Origin: a virus
Direction: 5' to 3' (one strand)
IMG/VR virus record: IMGVR_UViG_3300047160_005727
Coordinates: 1-64,000 of that record
DNA length: 64,000 nucleotides
The notes beneath the pieces were generated by a model. That model ran no database searches and had not been told where the DNA came from. It was given only the letters and a program-made list of their open reading frames with translations. The stretch's first letter is position 1. Each line of letters begins with the position of its first letter. Shown in pieces: positions 17,958 to 26,513 of the stretch. The translations under genes and the position numbers were made by a program.

Positions 17958-19424
17958 ATGGATCCGCTGTTCACACCTGTCACCAACAAGCCGTTCACGA
18001 GCGTGCTGGCCGAGGACGTGACCTACGATCCCAACCAGAGCGCGCTCATGAACGTGGGGCACAACCTGGCGCGGGCCGGTGACAAGGTCATCATGCGCAA
18101 CCGCTGGCAGGATCGTGCCATCCAGATGGAACAGGCGATGGAGAAGCTCCGCCAGGAGCAGGCGATCGCCCGGCGGCGCGCAGCCATGCTGAAGATCGGC
18201 CGGCTCCAGGAGCAGCTGGGTGCGATCGTCGACGAGCATGACTACGATGCCTGGCGGAAGGTGCCGGAGATGGTCGTTGCCCTCTTCAAGAAGGCAGCCC
18301 CGATCGCGTGCCGGCTGGCTGCCTGGGCCGACCGGGCGGCAGGCCCGGAAGATCGGCTGTGGTGGCACGGTGACTCCAACACAGCCTGGGCCGAGATCGC
18401 CGACACGGAGAAGCGGGCTGACTGGGAGGCCCTGCCTGATGTTCCCGGTGTTCCTGGTCTGGCTCTGTTCATCGAGCCCTTCCCTCCACCACCAGTCGAA
18501 GGCTGGCTCATGGTCAAGGCTGCCGACGGCTACCTCGAACCACTCGCCAAACCGCACCATCAGATCCAGCAGATGATGGCGGCTCCGTTCGGCGCCAAGC
18601 CAAACGGCCTGACCTCGGCGATCCTCAACGGCGTGCTCGGCGGCGGCCTGGGTTACGGTGCCGGTTGGCTGGCCGACCAGTTCTTGCCGGAAGAGCACTT
18701 CCAGAAAGGCCGGCTGGCCAAGACCCTGGGGCTCGCCGGTGCCGGTCTAGGTGCCATTCCGGGCCTGTGGCGCTACTCGGCCGAGGTTCGAGGCCAGAAC
18801 TACCCGCCTTACAACGGCGGGCCTGGCCCGCTGCCGAGGATACCCCACAAAGACATCCCCAACCCGTGGGGTTATCCGGGTTCGCTGCACCCGGATACCG
18901 ATCTCAGCCCGCAGCTGCCGCCTCCGCCGCCCAAGAACCCGCTCCAGCCGTTCGGGACGACCTCGCCGTTCGATGCCAACGGAACCAAGCTGGCCTCGGT
19001 GCACCCGTGGCTCCACAAGGCGGCTGAAGACTACGGCACGGGCGCCATGTTCCTCCAGACCATCCCGGTGGATGCATTCAACCAGGCTATCTGGAACGAC
19101 GTGGAACACCCGCCCAACCGGTTTGGCACCAAGAGCCCCTGGGGCAACAACGAGCAGCCCATGGGTACGCCGCCTTACGCGGCAGCAGCCATCTCGGGCT
19201 TGCTGGCGGGCACGGCGCAAGCGGTCGGCTCAGGAGCCGTCAGTCCGCTTCAGGTCGCAGCAGCGGCGGCTATGGGGGCTGGAAAGGGCTGGGTTACCGG
19301 CATGGCAGCCGGTAAGATCCTGGGTGCTATGGCCGGGTTGAAACCCGAGTCGCAGCAGAAGCTCCAGAGCCTGGGGCTCTGGGGCGGGCTGATCACCGGC
19401 GTGGCCAACTCGCTCTATCGCTGA
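17958..19424 (+). CDS. Virion-associated protein with glycine-zipper membrane segments
   Basis: GGAGGA RBS; GVLGGGLGYGAGW and GLWGGLITG segments; several K-x-A motifs. Confidence 0.75.
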   Translation: MDPLFTPVTNKPFTSVLAEDVTYDPNQSALMNVGHNLARAGDKVIMRNRWQDRAIQMEQAMEKLRQEQAIARRRAAMLKIGRLQEQLGAIVDEHDYDAWRKVPEMVVALFKKAAPIACRLAAWADRAAGPEDRLWWHGDSNTAWAEIADTEKRADWEALPDVPGVPGLALFIEPFPPPPVEGWLMVKAADGYLEPLAKPHHQIQQMMAAPFGAKPNGLTSAILNGVLGGGLGYGAGWLADQFLPEEHFQKGRLAKTLGLAGAGLGAIPGLWRYSAEVRGQNYPPYNGGPGPLPRIPHKDIPNPWGYPGSLHPDTDLSPQLPPPPPKNPLQPFGTTSPFDANGTKLASVHPWLHKAAEDYGTGAMFLQTIPVDAFNQAIWNDVEHPPNRFGTKSPWGNNEQPMGTPPYAAAAISGLLAGTAQAVGSGAVSPLQVAAAAAMGAGKGWVTGMAAGKILGAMAGLKPESQQKLQSLGLWGGLITGVANSLYR

Positions 19425-19425
19425 G

Positions 19426-19454
19426 TTGCGTGCCGTCATGTAACGCAGTATCCT
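19426..19454 (+). promoter_or_regulatory. Sigma70-like promoter TTGCGT-N17-TATCCT
   Basis: 17-bp spacing in the intergenic gap ahead of the 19477 cassette. Confidence 0.45.
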
Positions 19455-19476
19455 GCAACGGGAAGGAGTCCCCGCT

Positions 19477-20067
19477 ATGGGTAGACCAAAGTCCGGTTCG
19501 GCAGCGAAGAAACCGGTCATGCCGAGGCGCCGTCAGGGCGGGCCACCGTCACGGGCGTCGGTCACCAAGATCATTCTCGATGACCTGACCAGTCCGATGA
19601 CGCCGGCCGATGCTGCCGAGCTGTTTGCCGTCGCGGTCATGGATAACCTCAAGGCAATGGCGCCCGAGATCATTGCCAAGTTCGATCGCTCCTGGTTCGA
19701 CGTGTTCGTCGATCTGGCGATCGCAGTCGTCAACCGCTGCGATGAAGACGATCTCAGGAAGACACTCGACCAGATGGCCGAGGAGGACAGTGAAGGCACC
19801 GACGGACTGACCACCCGGATCATCCGTCGCCGGTTCGCGCGCAGTCTGCCCAAGGAAGCTGTCGCCCAGCTCGACGATACCGGACGGTACTGGCTGTCCC
19901 TGGCCGCCATTGCAGCGTTCCGGGGAGTCGGTGCGGATGATGAGCTGTGGGAGGCACTGTGGGGTCGCAAGACCGGCTGGTTTCCCGTGCGTATGCTCGC
20001 CAGAGAAGCGCCGGGAACTAAACCGATCGGTCCGGATGGCGTGGTTGAACCAGACGAGGAAGAGTAG
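19477..20067 (+). CDS. Hypothetical protein
   Basis: AAGGAG RBS; 196 aa. Confidence 0.7.
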   Translation: MGRPKSGSAAKKPVMPRRRQGGPPSRASVTKIILDDLTSPMTPADAAELFAVAVMDNLKAMAPEIIAKFDRSWFDVFVDLAIAVVNRCDEDDLRKTLDQMAEEDSEGTDGLTTRIIRRRFARSLPKEAVAQLDDTGRYWLSLAAIAAFRGVGADDELWEALWGRKTGWFPVRMLAREAPGTKPIGPDGVVEPDEEE

Positions 20068-20137
20068 AGAGCCGGTCGCGGTACCGGCTGATCAACCGAC
20101 AAGTCAACTTGTAGGGCGGATGCCCACCGAGGGCCGT

Positions 20138-21145
20138 ATGAACAGGATGTTCCAAAAGGCCATCGGCGTACTCATTGTCACGCTGACCGGCCTCTTCGTT
20201 GGTCCCCAAGAGAAGCAGAAAACGGACCCATTGGGTCCGAATTCTGCCCAGGCCACTCCTGCGCAAACCAAGAAGGAGCGCGAACATGAGCCATTGGCTG
20301 AACCAGCAGAGGCGATCCCGCAAGCGAAAACGCCGCAGCCAGCACCAGCGAAAAAGGTGGTCGCATCCGAGCCCCAAGAACTCCGAGCGCTGGCCCGCGC
20401 TGTCATTACCACCTGGAACGGAGACGAAGTCCCCAAGCTCTGGCCAGCAGGCGTCCCCCTCGACCTGACATCGATCAGATCGGTAGCCGGCGATCACCCG
20501 CAGTCGATCCGGTGGGACATCTTTCCTGAGTGGGTCGACAAGTACAGCCGCCGGCTCCTGAACGGCAAGCAGGTCTCGATCGCGACCGGCACCAAGCCCA
20601 AGACGGTCAAGGTCACGCTCTACGTGGCCAAGGACGACACGTTCGACATGACGTCGATCGTGGTGTCGATCAAGCCCGATCCGCTGGAGCCTGGCAATGA
20701 TGATCGCCCGACGCCGCCAACACCCCCGGAGCCGAAGCCGCCCGAGCCCGACGAGCCCAAGCCGCCCAAGCCGCCGCCACCGATGTCGGACCTGGCCAAG
20801 CAGGTTCACGCGGTCGCGCTTCGTGACATCCCCGAGATCAATGCCCATCGCAGCACTGTTCATGCCCTGGCTGAGTCTCATGAACGTATCGCTAATGACA
20901 TCTCGCAGGCTGTGGCCGGCGTTCCCAACTATGCGAACCTGAAGACGCCACAGGGGATCATCGACGCCACCGTGAAGTCCAACCGGGAGGCCGTGGGCGA
21001 TGAACGTGAAACATACGTCCCGTTCTTCACGGCGCTCAACAATGAAGTCCTGAAGCCCCTGGTGGATACCAAACTTTCCACAGCTGGCGGGCACATCGAG
21101 GTCTGGAAGGATATCGCTACCGGACTACGCGCGGCTGCGCCGTGA
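20138..21145 (+). CDS. Membrane-anchored or secreted protein with a beta-rich domain and Pro-rich linker
   Basis: N-terminal hydrophobic AIGVLIVTLTGLFV; PTPPTPPEPKPPEP linker; helical C-terminal domain. Confidence 0.72.
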   Translation: MNRMFQKAIGVLIVTLTGLFVGPQEKQKTDPLGPNSAQATPAQTKKEREHEPLAEPAEAIPQAKTPQPAPAKKVVASEPQELRALARAVITTWNGDEVPKLWPAGVPLDLTSIRSVAGDHPQSIRWDIFPEWVDKYSRRLLNGKQVSIATGTKPKTVKVTLYVAKDDTFDMTSIVVSIKPDPLEPGNDDRPTPPTPPEPKPPEPDEPKPPKPPPPMSDLAKQVHAVALRDIPEINAHRSTVHALAESHERIANDISQAVAGVPNYANLKTPQGIIDATVKSNREAVGDERETYVPFFTALNNEVLKPLVDTKLSTAGGHIEVWKDIATGLRAAAP

Positions 21146-21159
21146 CATGGAGGTCTGTG

Positions 21160-22080
21160 ATGCCAAACTTCGAGAAGCATTTCGGCCGCGTCGAAGACCT
21201 GGCGATGGTCGCGCGCGAAGTCGACGTGGCCATGAAGGCGCTGGCACAGCCGCTCTTCTACGCGGCGGCATATCCGATCAAAGACAGTGGCAGTGGTAAG
21301 GTTGTGCTGCTCTACGCGTTCTTGAGACAGCACTTCGGCGGCAAGTTCCCCATTCACACTCAGACCATCGGCGACTGCGTGAGCCATGGCTGGAGTCTGG
21401 GTGTCGATATTCTCAAGGCGGCTCAGATCCAGGCCGGAGCCAAGGAAGAGTTCCCTGGCGAAACAGCCACTGAGATCACCTATGCTGGCAGCCGCGTCGA
21501 GATCGGCAAGGGCGCCTGCGGTCATCAGGACGGCTCGGTCGGTGCCTGGGCAGCCCAGTTCGTTGTCCAGTACGGTACGCTGATCCGCGGCAAGTACGGA
21601 TCGCTCGATCTGACAACCTACAACGGACAGACAGCCAAGAAGCTGGGTGCTCCCAACGCCGGTGTCCCTGATCCGCTGGAGCCCCAGGTTAAAGAACACC
21701 CGGTCAAGACCACTTCGTTGGTCCGCAACTACCCGGAGGCTCGAGACGCGATCGCCAACGGCTATCCAGTGCCGGTCTGCTCGACAGTCGGTTTCGATGT
21801 CCCCAAGCGGGATGAGAAGGGCTTCGCCAAGCGCAAGGGGAGCTGGCCGCATTGCATGCTCTTCGCCGGCGTGGATGACGCCGATCCGCGTCCTGGTCTG
21901 CTGTGCATCAACAGCTGGGGGCCAAGCTGGATCGGCGGGCCCAAGCGGCATGAGCAGCCCGACGGCAGCTTCTGGGTCGATGCCGATACGGTCGACCAGA
22001 TGCTCCGCGAAGGCGACAGCTTTGCCATCTCGGGCTATCTCGGTTATCCAGCCCAGGAGCTGGAGTACATGCTGATCTGA
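21160..22080 (+). CDS. Papain-like (C1) cysteine peptidase
   Basis: QTIGDCVSHGW (catalytic Gln/Cys), WPHCM (His), INSWG (Asn); GGAGG RBS. Confidence 0.88.
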   Translation: MPNFEKHFGRVEDLAMVAREVDVAMKALAQPLFYAAAYPIKDSGSGKVVLLYAFLRQHFGGKFPIHTQTIGDCVSHGWSLGVDILKAAQIQAGAKEEFPGETATEITYAGSRVEIGKGACGHQDGSVGAWAAQFVVQYGTLIRGKYGSLDLTTYNGQTAKKLGAPNAGVPDPLEPQVKEHPVKTTSLVRNYPEARDAIANGYPVPVCSTVGFDVPKRDEKGFAKRKGSWPHCMLFAGVDDADPRPGLLCINSWGPSWIGGPKRHEQPDGSFWVDADTVDQMLREGDSFAISGYLGYPAQELEYMLI

Positions 22081-22091
22081 AGGAGTTCGTC

Positions 22092-22385
22092 ATGCCTGAG
22101 CCCCGCGTAGTGATGAACCATCTCATCGGCCGCCCCAGGGCGCGCCAGGTGCACGGGCCTCGCCATGTACCACCGCAAATGCCGATGTGGCCGCAGCCAG
22201 AGCCAGTCGGCGCGCCTCCCAGTCCGGACGACGTCGGTTGCGGCAGTGTTGACGTCAGTGCGTCCGGCGCCGGGATAGTCTCCACCATCACGACCGGGTA
22301 CAGTGTGCTTAACCCCGAATTCGCTGGCATCGTGCTGGCGACTCCAGGGGAGGACGGATCCCAACCGGAGGAGCCGCCATGCTGA
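22092..22385 (+). CDS. Small Pro-rich hypothetical protein
   Basis: AAGGAG RBS; coupled to neighbouring genes. Confidence 0.55.
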   Translation: MPEPRVVMNHLIGRPRARQVHGPRHVPPQMPMWPQPEPVGAPPSPDDVGCGSVDVSASGAGIVSTITTGYSVLNPEFAGIVLATPGEDGSQPEEPPC

Positions 22386-23128
22386 ACGCGCTTGTTCTTG
22401 CCATGGCCCTGACAGGTCAGACACAGCCGCCCAACTACGATCTGATCACAGAGACCGCGCCGACACTTCACACATCCAAGGGTTCATTCAGTGACCCGAA
22501 GATCAGCGAACTGGCCAACGCCCGCGCCAAGGTTCGGGAAGCGACCCGCGTCCTGAACTCAGCCCGCAAAGAAGTCAGCGAGCTATCACAAGAAGTCGCC
22601 GAGGAGTCCAGGCCAAGGGCACGAGTCGAGTACTCGGACGGCACCATGTCGCCCTGGGTCAGTTACGCGCCAGAGGTCAATACCACCACCGATCCACTGG
22701 CGATCCGGAGTTACCGGTTGCCATCGACTGCGATCACTTACCAGTCAGGAGCGCCGGTCACTTACCGGATGGCGTCGTCACCTGTTACCTATTCGACGAC
22801 AGCTCCGATGGCCAGCACCAGCTGCTACTCATCGGCCTACTCGTCGTCTCAGAGCGTTTACTCATCGCCTCCGGTTACCACCGTCATGATGTCTCCGGTT
22901 ACCACGTACATGTCAGCGGCCCCGGTCACTTACTCGGCAGCTCCGATGATGTACTCGTCGATGCCGGCAAGCTACGGGTCGGGCATGACCACGATGCGCG
23001 CCAAGAGCCGGATGGGCCTCTTCGGCAACATGCGAAGCTCGATGAAGGCGACGTCGTACGGGAGCGGCGGCGGAATGTTCTCAAGTTTCTTCGGGGCTGG
23101 TGGCCACATGTGTGTGGGCGGCACCTGA
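22379..23128 (+). CDS. Secreted Ser/Thr/Tyr/Met-rich low-complexity protein
   Basis: Signal-like MLNALVLAMALTGQ; repeated PVTY units; GGAGGAG RBS. Confidence 0.7.
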   Translation: MLNALVLAMALTGQTQPPNYDLITETAPTLHTSKGSFSDPKISELANARAKVREATRVLNSARKEVSELSQEVAEESRPRARVEYSDGTMSPWVSYAPEVNTTTDPLAIRSYRLPSTAITYQSGAPVTYRMASSPVTYSTTAPMASTSCYSSAYSSSQSVYSSPPVTTVMMSPVTTYMSAAPVTYSAAPMMYSSMPASYGSGMTTMRAKSRMGLFGNMRSSMKATSYGSGGGMFSSFFGAGGHMCVGGT

Positions 23129-23197
23129 TCATAGAAGTATGCCGGCGGTCGCCGGCCTTGTCAGGGCGTTACGCGGCGTATCGTCAGGGAGGATGAG

Positions 23198-23680
23198 ATG
23201 AACAGGCATGGAAGGCGAGCGATGGCGGCGATGGGGAAGATCAGTTTGGCGCCCGCCGTGCGCACCTCGTCCAACAAGAAGGTCTTCGACTACAGACAGA
23301 CTAAGTTCTGGGCTGAACGCGGTCTGATCCATACGGTTCTCGAGACCAATGGCGAGTACACCACCTGTTCGGTCAGGGAATGGCTGGAACGAGCCAGGGC
23401 ACTGTCCAAGCAGGCGTGGCGAGAGAAGTACCACGACGAGCGCGAGAAGCTCGTCACGCTGGTCGAGACCATGGTCAAGGTGGCCAAGCAAGCCAAGGCC
23501 CAGGGCGATCCGCACACCCGCGAGGGTGTGAACGAAGCCGTACGCCGGCTGCCGACCCAGGTTCTGCTCCCCGAGGTCGTGTACAGCTACCAGGGCACGC
23601 ACCGGCGAGCTGATACGGCAGCTCCCAAGACTTCGCTCGTGCTGCCCGGCGACGCCAACTTCAAGAAACCAGGAGAGTAA
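23198..23680 (+). CDS. Hypothetical protein
   Basis: GGAGG RBS; 160 aa. Confidence 0.7.
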   Translation: MNRHGRRAMAAMGKISLAPAVRTSSNKKVFDYRQTKFWAERGLIHTVLETNGEYTTCSVREWLERARALSKQAWREKYHDEREKLVTLVETMVKVAKQAKAQGDPHTREGVNEAVRRLPTQVLLPEVVYSYQGTHRRADTAAPKTSLVLPGDANFKKPGE

Positions 23681-23683
23681 CCG

Positions 23684-24106
23684 ATGACGCCCAGGGAAGG
23701 GTTCAAGTATGGCTTCCTTCTTCGCTGTGCCGAGGAAGGGCTGACTGTCAAGCAAGCGGAAGCCCGCGCAGTCCGCGCGCTGGAGAAGCGCGGCGGCGAG
23801 GTCTGGGACACGATCAAGGGTGTCGGCGGCGCGGCCAAGGACCTCATCATGGGGCCGGGGCTCGGCTCGATGAAGACCATACTTGGCTACGGTATTCCTA
23901 TTGGCCTTGGCGCCGCAGCGATCGGTGGCGGCGGTCTTGGGTACGGTCTAGCCAAGATGCAGGAAGGGGACATCGACCCGGCGGATGTCCAGCGTGAAGA
24001 GCTGATCAACGCTTACCGCACGCAGGCTGAGCTGGCTCGTCGCAAGTCGATCATGGATGCCGCGCAGCTGGCACGGCCTCGACCCAGATCACACGTCGGT
24101 ATCTAG
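23684..24106 (+). CDS. Virion-associated glycine-zipper protein
   Basis: GFLLRCAEEGLT motif shared with the first ORF; Gly-rich TM segment IGLGAAAIGGGGLGYGL. Confidence 0.75.
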   Translation: MTPREGFKYGFLLRCAEEGLTVKQAEARAVRALEKRGGEVWDTIKGVGGAAKDLIMGPGLGSMKTILGYGIPIGLGAAAIGGGGLGYGLAKMQEGDIDPADVQREELINAYRTQAELARRKSIMDAAQLARPRPRSHVGI

Positions 24107-24114
24107 GGGGCATC

Positions 24115-24528
24115 ATGGGTCTGGTAGAAAAGTTCAGCAACGAGCAGTCAAAGGCTCGCCACGGCGACATCCTGACGTGGCCTGGTACTGATGCTGGCTT
24201 TCCCATTCTGGGCCGCGTCCCCACCGGGATGATGAAGCAGCAAGAGTATGAAGAGCTAGACCACAAGTTCACGTTTCATGCTCGCTGGTTCACGATGTGG
24301 GAGCAGGACGACGCCAACGAGTATCACTACGTGCAGGAGCGGGCAGCCAACGGCTGGTTCAAGGTTCTCGACCGTGAGAAGATCTATGACCCCATCAAAC
24401 GCAACTACCGGATCTATCTCGAATGGCTCCAGGTCTACGGGGTCGCTCCTTCGACGCCTACAGATGGTATCCACAACCTGACCGCACGAGGGCAGGGCAT
24501 GCTCTTCGACATGCTGCAAGGAGGCTGA
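24115..24528 (+). CDS. Hypothetical protein
   Basis: 137-aa aromatic-rich globular ORF within the operon. Confidence 0.72.
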   Translation: MGLVEKFSNEQSKARHGDILTWPGTDAGFPILGRVPTGMMKQQEYEELDHKFTFHARWFTMWEQDDANEYHYVQERAANGWFKVLDREKIYDPIKRNYRIYLEWLQVYGVAPSTPTDGIHNLTARGQGMLFDMLQGG

Positions 24529-24529
24529 G

Positions 24530-26506
24530 ATGCCCGATGATCTTTTTACCAACCCCCTGGTAGGTGTCCCCAACCAGAACCAGGTCGATACCGTCAACAA
24601 GATCCTGGGATGGGGTGGTCTGGCGCTGGCCGGCGGTGCCGCAGCGCGTGGTCTGACCGGGCTCGGTCAGTTCTTCGGCCGCGAGACGGGTGGTGAGCCC
24701 AAGACGCCGATGCGGCAGTCGTTTGTGCGGATCCCGGTGCCGGTCAAGGTGAAGACCCGCGCCGAGCGCGATGCCATGCTTGCGCAGGCCCAGGAAGAGA
24801 TCGACAAGGAAGCGGCATTCGCCAAGCTGGCCGAGGACTCCTTCGGGGCGACTATCGCCCATTTGGGCGGTCTACTTCGCGAACCCCACGAGCAGGTAGG
24901 CTTGCTACGCAAGACACTCAGCGGCTGGGGTGAGCCTGGTATGGCGCAGAAGCCATGGACCTACATAGCTGCGCCGCTTGCTATCGGTGGTGGGCTTTAC
25001 GGTGGCTGGAAGCTGACCGACTATCTGCTCAACAAGACCCGCTCGGCCGAACAGGAAAGCGAGCTGGAGTCTGCGCGCAAGGAATACGAGTCGGCTCTGG
25101 CCGGTCGGCGAAAGCTGGCGTCGGCCGAGCCAGATCCGCTCGATGATCTGGCTGCTGAGTACGAGAAGCGGGCGCTTGTCAACGAACTTGCGGGTATTGG
25201 CCTGGGCGCTGCCGGACTCACAGCCTTGCTTTCTGGGCTGGGCACCTACCGCTGGACGAGATCACTGGCCGAGGACAAGGCTGTCGAAGAAGCGGTACGT
25301 CGCCGGCAGGCCCAGCTTGCCGAGCAGTCACCCAGTCCGATCATGGCGGTCCCGACGCCGGTGCCGATCTACGAGCCTCGCAAGCCAGCCTGGCATCGCC
25401 TGCTTGGTCACGGTGACGACACGGACAAAGGTCTGGCCGGCGAGGGCGATCGTCCCATGCGGTTCGGCGAGCACAAAGCGGCCATGGCCAAGGAAGCTGC
25501 CGAGGTTGTCCACGGTGGTCCGATCTCGAGCTGGACTGGTGCCACGCTGGGGCGTGCTGGTGCCACGCTTGCCGGGCTCCCGGTATTAACTATGGACACG
25601 CTGCGCAGCCCCGAGTACCCCGAGCGGTTCAAGGAGCACGAGAAGCTCGTCAAGCAGTTCGAGAAGGTCCGGCCGCAGCAGCTTTCCGATGTCAAGGTTC
25701 GGCTGGGCGGCACCGACACGATCGATGACATCATCAGGACCTGGCAAAACCGGCGGACCGGTCCCATCGGTAAGGTTCTGGGTACGCTCGGGGCGCCGAT
25801 GGGCAACCTGCGGTCAACACTGATGCGAAGTCCGCACTACAACCCATACTCGAACGCCGTGGTTCAGTTCGCGCATAGCAAGCCGATCACGCAGCACGAG
25901 CTGGGTCATGCTATCGACTTCAACCAGGTGGAGCCCTCCAAGAACTTCTGGCAGCGCCAGCTTCAGGGTACGGGCCGTGATCTTTATGGGCTGGCTTACA
26001 GCGCGATCCCGTTCGCCAACCTGTGGCATGAAGCCCAGGCCAACAACCAGAGCCGGCTGGCGCTGGAAGACATCTACAAGAAGAACCCGGCCAAGCTGCG
26101 AGCTGAAGAAGTCGAACGGTTGAAAGTCCTGCCGGCCGGTTACGGATCGTACGTCGGCGGCAACCTGCTGGGTGCCCCTGGTGCTACCATAGGCTCGCTC
26201 GCCGGCAAGGGCCTTGGTATGGGCTTGAGCGCCATTCATGCCGCTGGCAAGGACGAGCCGGTCAAGAAGCCGAAGAAGTCGGAGCCCGATCACAAGAAGG
26301 CTGCCAGCATCAACCAAGCTGCCGATGACTTCCTGGGCCGGATGCGATCCAACCAGATGGCCGTCTGGAACCGGCTGATGACGCCGACTGATGGCAAGCC
26401 GGCCAAGCCCGCGAAACCGGCCGAACCACTTCCACCCCGCCTTCCCACCCTGGCTGGACTGGGCGGCGGTACAGCGCAGCATTTACCGGTAACTGACGCG
26501 AGGTGA
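24530..26506 (+). CDS. Multi-module virion protein: TM/glycine-zipper modules plus a zincin metallopeptidase
   Basis: QHELGHAID (HExxH) with HEAQAN as likely third ligand; K-x-A motifs between modules. Confidence 0.78.
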   Translation: MPDDLFTNPLVGVPNQNQVDTVNKILGWGGLALAGGAAARGLTGLGQFFGRETGGEPKTPMRQSFVRIPVPVKVKTRAERDAMLAQAQEEIDKEAAFAKLAEDSFGATIAHLGGLLREPHEQVGLLRKTLSGWGEPGMAQKPWTYIAAPLAIGGGLYGGWKLTDYLLNKTRSAEQESELESARKEYESALAGRRKLASAEPDPLDDLAAEYEKRALVNELAGIGLGAAGLTALLSGLGTYRWTRSLAEDKAVEEAVRRRQAQLAEQSPSPIMAVPTPVPIYEPRKPAWHRLLGHGDDTDKGLAGEGDRPMRFGEHKAAMAKEAAEVVHGGPISSWTGATLGRAGATLAGLPVLTMDTLRSPEYPERFKEHEKLVKQFEKVRPQQLSDVKVRLGGTDTIDDIIRTWQNRRTGPIGKVLGTLGAPMGNLRSTLMRSPHYNPYSNAVVQFAHSKPITQHELGHAIDFNQVEPSKNFWQRQLQGTGRDLYGLAYSAIPFANLWHEAQANNQSRLALEDIYKKNPAKLRAEEVERLKVLPAGYGSYVGGNLLGAPGATIGSLAGKGLGMGLSAIHAAGKDEPVKKPKKSEPDHKKAASINQAADDFLGRMRSNQMAVWNRLMTPTDGKPAKPAKPAEPLPPRLPTLAGLGGGTAQHLPVTDAR

Positions 26507-26513
26507 TCATGCC

